Position numbers and translations under genes: made by a program
Shown: positions 61,346-64,000 of the stretch, in pieces
Layout: every line of letters starts with the position of its first letter
Numbering within the stretch: position 1 is the first letter of the stretch
NCBI GenBank assembly: GCA_012840015.1
Contig: DUMF01000012.1
Coordinates: 3,807-67,806 of the forward strand
Direction: 5' to 3'
DNA length: 64,000 bases
DNA from: Bacillota bacterium
GTDB taxonomy: Bacteria; Bacillota; Sulfobacillia; DUMF01
Notes under the pieces: generated by a model
What the model was told of the DNA's origin: nothing
Databases searched by the model: none
What the model saw: only the letters and a program-made list of their open reading frames with translations

Positions 61346-62415
61346 AATTGAGCTTTTCTCTGGGAATAGTCGGACTCCCCAATGCAGGTAAATCTACTTT
61401 GTTCAATGCAGTGGTGGGAGGTAACGCCCTTACTGCGCCTTACCCGTTTACTACAATCAACAGAAACTTAGGTACAGTAGCCGTACCAGACAAGAGGCTT
61501 GACTCGGTGAGGGAGATCACTGGTTCCGCAGCCGTAACCTATGCCTCCGTTGAACTCGTCGATATCGCGGGGCTCGTGAAGGGTGCTTCTAAGGGCGAGG
61601 GGCTGGGCAATCAATTCCTGGGTCATATTCGCGAAGTAGATGGGATCCTGCACGTAGTCAGAGCTTACGGTGACGATCCTGACCCCCGCGGCGATGCGGA
61701 GATAGTGGATCTCGAACTTGCGCTGGCTGACTTGGCTGTCGTTGAAAGGCAGCTGGAGTCGAGAAGGAGCGCGGCGAAGAGCGGAAATAAGGAAGCCATC
61801 GCTAGGCTAGAGGCAGCCGAAACGGTGAGAGAGCATCTATTAAGAAATGGCCATGCCAGGGAATTGAGCCCCGAAACGCTTGCGCTGGTCAGAGACTTAT
61901 TCCTCATAACTGCAAAACCAATGCTCTATGTCGCGAACGTTGATGAAAAATACGCAGGCGATCCGGCGTCCTCCCCAGGAGCACGCGAGCTACAAGCGTA
62001 CGCGGAGGGTAGGGGCCTTACAGTCATAGGCGTCTGTGCTAAGTTCGAAGAAGAATTGATGGCGCTTGGGGAAGAAGGGGACCTATTTGCTCAGGATGCC
62101 GGTATCTCGGTACCAGCATCGCAGCTCATCATCGTAAATGGATACAAGATGCTTAACTTGATTAGCTTTTTCACAGCCAACAAAAACGAGGCACGCTCCT
62201 GGTCCCTTCGAGCTGGATCTACCGCAATTGAAGCTGCGGAGAAAGTACACACCCAGATGGCTCGAGGGTTCATTAAAGCAGAGGTGGTTCCCTGGGACGC
62301 CCTCGTGAAGGCTGGGGGCATTCCACGAGCGAGGGAGCTTGGGTTGCTGAGGGTTGAAGGCCGAGACTATGTTGTAAAAGATGGAGACGTTTTGTACTTC
62401 CGCTTTTCGCCTTGA
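61342..62415 (+). CDS. ychF: ribosome-binding ATPase YchF
   Basis: GLPNAGKSTLFNA G1 motif, TGS domain at the C-terminus. Confidence 0.95.
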   Translation: MKLSFSLGIVGLPNAGKSTLFNAVVGGNALTAPYPFTTINRNLGTVAVPDKRLDSVREITGSAAVTYASVELVDIAGLVKGASKGEGLGNQFLGHIREVDGILHVVRAYGDDPDPRGDAEIVDLELALADLAVVERQLESRRSAAKSGNKEAIARLEAAETVREHLLRNGHARELSPETLALVRDLFLITAKPMLYVANVDEKYAGDPASSPGARELQAYAEGRGLTVIGVCAKFEEELMALGEEGDLFAQDAGISVPASQLIIVNGYKMLNLISFFTANKNEARSWSLRAGSTAIEAAEKVHTQMARGFIKAEVVPWDALVKAGGIPRARELGLLRVEGRDYVVKDGDVLYFRFSP

Positions 62416-62486
62416 TGCTTAACGTAAAGTTTTCGTTTAGCCCACCATATCCCACAAAGAGTTGAACGATCCTTGTCGATCCGTAA

Positions 62487-62610
62487 TTGAAAAGAACTCC
62501 AGCCGCTGTGTATAATTGTGCTTGGTTGCAAAGGCCGCCGGTAGTGATCCAGTTATTACTCCCGCTCTGCACGGGAGTGCAGGGCCGTTTAGTCCGAGGG
62601 AGGTGAAAAA
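62487..62610 (+). promoter_or_regulatory. rpsF promoter (TTGAAA-N18-TATAAT) and structured 5' leader
   Basis: -35 TTGAAA 62487..62492, -10 TATAAT 62511..62516. Leader hairpin ACUCCCGcucugcaCGGGAGU, the kind of structured leader described as S6:S18 autoregulatory elements upstream of rpsF. GGGAGG RBS. Confidence 0.6.
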
Positions 62611-62898
62611 TTGTCAAAATATGAGATTATGTATATCGTAAAGCCTGGCCTTGATGACGAGGCTTATCAAGCTTTGGTCGAGCGCTTCAGTAGCTTGGTT
62701 CAGGCTCAGGGAGGCAGCGTAGACTCGATAGATAAATGGGGCACGAGGAAACTTGCCTACGAGATAGACGGAAACCGCGAAGGATACTACGTAGTAATGA
62801 ATTTCACTGGCAATCCTGCAACTGCAGCCGAGTTAGATCGAGTCATGAAGATTACTGATGAAATCGTGCGTCACCTTATCGTACGTACCGATCGATAA
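62611..62898 (+). CDS. rpsF: 30S ribosomal protein S6
   Basis: MSKYEIMYIVKPGLDDEAY…. Confidence 0.95.
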   Translation: MSKYEIMYIVKPGLDDEAYQALVERFSSLVQAQGGSVDSIDKWGTRKLAYEIDGNREGYYVVMNFTGNPATAAELDRVMKITDEIVRHLIVRTDR

Positions 62899-62928
62899 TT
62901 CACAGTATGAGAGGAGCGGGTCACTACG

Positions 62929-63381
62929 CTGAATAGGGTCGTACTCGTCGGGCGGCTTACCAGGGATCCAGAGCTGAGGTTCACGCCTGGGGGAAAGCAG
63001 GTATGCAGTTTCACCCTGGCTGTGAACAGGCGGTTCACAAATCAACAAGGGGAACACGATACTGATTTTATCGACATAGTGGTTTGGGGCAAACTGGCTG
63101 AGACTTGTGGAAATTTTCTCGGGAAGGGCCGGCTAGCCGGGGTCGAAGGTAGACTTCAGATACGCAGCTTCGAGACTCAGGATGGTCAAAAGAGGAAAGT
63201 GGCAGAAGTAGTGGCCGACAACGTGGCTTTCCTGGACAGGCCCAAGAATGCCAGTGGAGGTCTGGCTGGGGCCGTTCCTGTTGCTGCTCCTGAGACCTCC
63301 GGAGAAGCACATCCTGAGGGCGGTAGCGATCCCACTGCTGGTATACCTGATCAAGAGGAAGATGATACGGTTCCCTTCTAA
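62929..63381 (+). CDS. ssb: single-stranded DNA-binding protein
   Basis: (M/L)[24 protein letters not shown]… OB fold, C-terminal acidic tail DDTVPF. There is no in-frame ATG/GTG/TTG before the conserved N-terminus. 62929 is a CTG, with GAGGAG 10 nt upstream. The track ORF (63022..) is only the C-terminal part. Confidence 0.8.
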   Translation: MNRVVLVGRLTRDPELRFTPGGKQVCSFTLAVNRRFTNQQGEHDTDFIDIVVWGKLAETCGNFLGKGRLAGVEGRLQIRSFETQDGQKRKVAEVVADNVAFLDRPKNASGGLAGAVPVAAPETSGEAHPEGGSDPTAGIPDQEEDDTVPF

Positions 63382-63399
63382 GACGAAGGAGGCAATCCA

Positions 63400-63630
63400 G
63401 TGAAGAAAGATAAGGGCAAGAAGCCCAAGAAGAAGGTATGTAGCTTCTGTACAGACAAGATAGAGCAAATCGATTATAAAGACGTTAACAGACTGAAGAA
63501 GTTCGTCAGCGATAGAGGGAAGATTCTCCCCAGGAGAATAACCGGTAACTGCGCGAGGCACCAGAGGCAACTTACGGTGGCCATAAAGCGAGCCAGGAAC
63601 ATAGCGCTGATGCCATTCACTGTGGAGTGA
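63400..63630 (+). CDS. rpsR: 30S ribosomal protein S18
   Basis: …[48 protein letters not shown]…. Confidence 0.95.
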   Translation: MKKDKGKKPKKKVCSFCTDKIEQIDYKDVNRLKKFVSDRGKILPRRITGNCARHQRQLTVAIKRARNIALMPFTVE

Positions 63631-63647
63631 GACCGCGAGAAGCGAAA

Positions 63648-63676
63648 ACGGGGGCACCAGGTGCCCCCGTAAATTT
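63648..63676 (+). terminator. intrinsic terminator after rpsR
   Basis: ACGGGGGCAC-cag-GUGCCCCCGU perfect 10-bp stem followed by AAAUUU. Confidence 0.6.
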
Positions 63677-63694
63677 AAGAAGGAGTTTTGAGAC

Positions 63695-64000
63695 ATGGCG
63701 GATGGCCGGATGGACGCCAAGACAGAACAGTCACGGGTTCCGGATATAGCGAAGAACGTTCGAACACTCGAATGGCTTAAGGCGGAATTGATCGGGAGTA
63801 CGGGTTCAACTTTGAAGGCTATCCTCCGGGGGGACGAAGTAGAGATTTGCGATGAGCTAGCGGGCGTGATGTTATCGTGTTATCTCCTCGGTCGACATTT
63901 AGGTATCAGTCCACTGAGGTTGGAAACTGCCTTACGGGCTCTTATTAAGCTCAATATCGAGGAAGAGCACGAATTGGAAAAATGGTACGGTGATTTCACA
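63695..64000 (+). CDS. MazG-like nucleotide pyrophosphohydrolase-domain protein (5' part; runs off window end)
   Basis: ATG with AAGGAG RBS. …LEWLKAELIGSTGSTLKAILRGDEVEICDELAGVMLSCYLLGRHLGISPLRLETALRALIKLNIEEE… resembles the MazG/YpjD-type EEXX(E/D) helix. Not in the ORF track because no stop lies within the window. Confidence 0.5.
   Translation, partial: MADGRMDAKTEQSRVPDIAKNVRTLEWLKAELIGSTGSTLKAILRGDEVEICDELAGVMLSCYLLGRHLGISPLRLETALRALIKLNIEEEHELEKWYGDFT

Noticed and set aside
63133-63720. 195-aa minus-strand ORF
   Set aside because: Antisense to ssb and rpsR.

Overview
This window is the chromosomal replication-origin region of a Gram-positive, spore-forming bacterium. It is moderately GC-rich and Firmicutes/Clostridia-like, with Bacillus-type gene content.

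Origin and core genes. oriC lies between dnaA (minus strand, 43273..44688) and rpmH (plus strand, from 45034). It carries a perfect TGTGGATAA DnaA box and several one-mismatch boxes. A second box/AT-rich cluster sits in the dnaA-dnaN spacer.
- Left of the origin, on the minus (leading) strand: dnaA-dnaN-yaaA-recF-DUF721-gyrB-gyrA, followed unusually by an archease-rtcB RNA-ligase pair.
- Right of the origin, on the plus strand: rpmH-rnpA-yidD-yidC-jag-mnmE-mnmG-rsmG-noc-soj-spo0J. After that come a DUF554 protein, an M23 peptidase, a bactofilin, a PRTase, ykuS-like and yyaC, a YkvI-like membrane protein, a TPR protein, a beta-propeller protein, cvpA, DUF951, ychF, rpsF-ssb-rpsR and the start of a MazG-like gene.

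Farther left of the origin.
- A RpiR-controlled operon: class-III aminotransferase, BKACE (3-keto-5-aminohexanoate-cleavage-like), TAXI-TRAP binding protein and fused permease.
- The SRP RNA, tadA and six tRNA genes: all four tRNA-Ser isoacceptors plus tRNA-Arg ACG and CCU.
- serS preceded by mtnA and mtnP, with a T-box leader in front of all three.
- On the opposite strand, the conserved dnaX-ybaB-recR-yaaL-bofA block.
- A decayed stretch: a frameshifted THUMP-methyltransferase pseudogene and a vestigial RHH/PIN toxin-antitoxin pair.
- A GntR-associated cluster on the minus strand, in gene order: M20 amidohydrolase, split UxaA-family dehydratase (SAF subunit plus large subunit), the GntR regulator, HMGL-like aldolase, D-2-hydroxyacid dehydrogenase and LarA-like racemase.
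- A liv branched-chain amino-acid ABC transporter, an MFS transporter and the 5' end of a 2-oxoacid:ferredoxin oxidoreductase gamma-subunit gene.

Main points of interest.
- The ~6.3 kb T-box-mtnP-mtnA-serS-tRNA-tadA-SRP block appears locally inverted relative to the dnaX block. This puts highly expressed RNA genes on the lagging strand next to the origin.
- The T-box leader sits in front of methionine-salvage genes fused to serS.
- The two catabolic modules have unknown substrates.
- The decayed TA/methyltransferase region and the tRNA-flanked orphan DNA at 24.6-25.7 kb.
- An ssb with no canonical start codon.

No CRISPR arrays, transposases, integrases or recognisable defence systems were seen.
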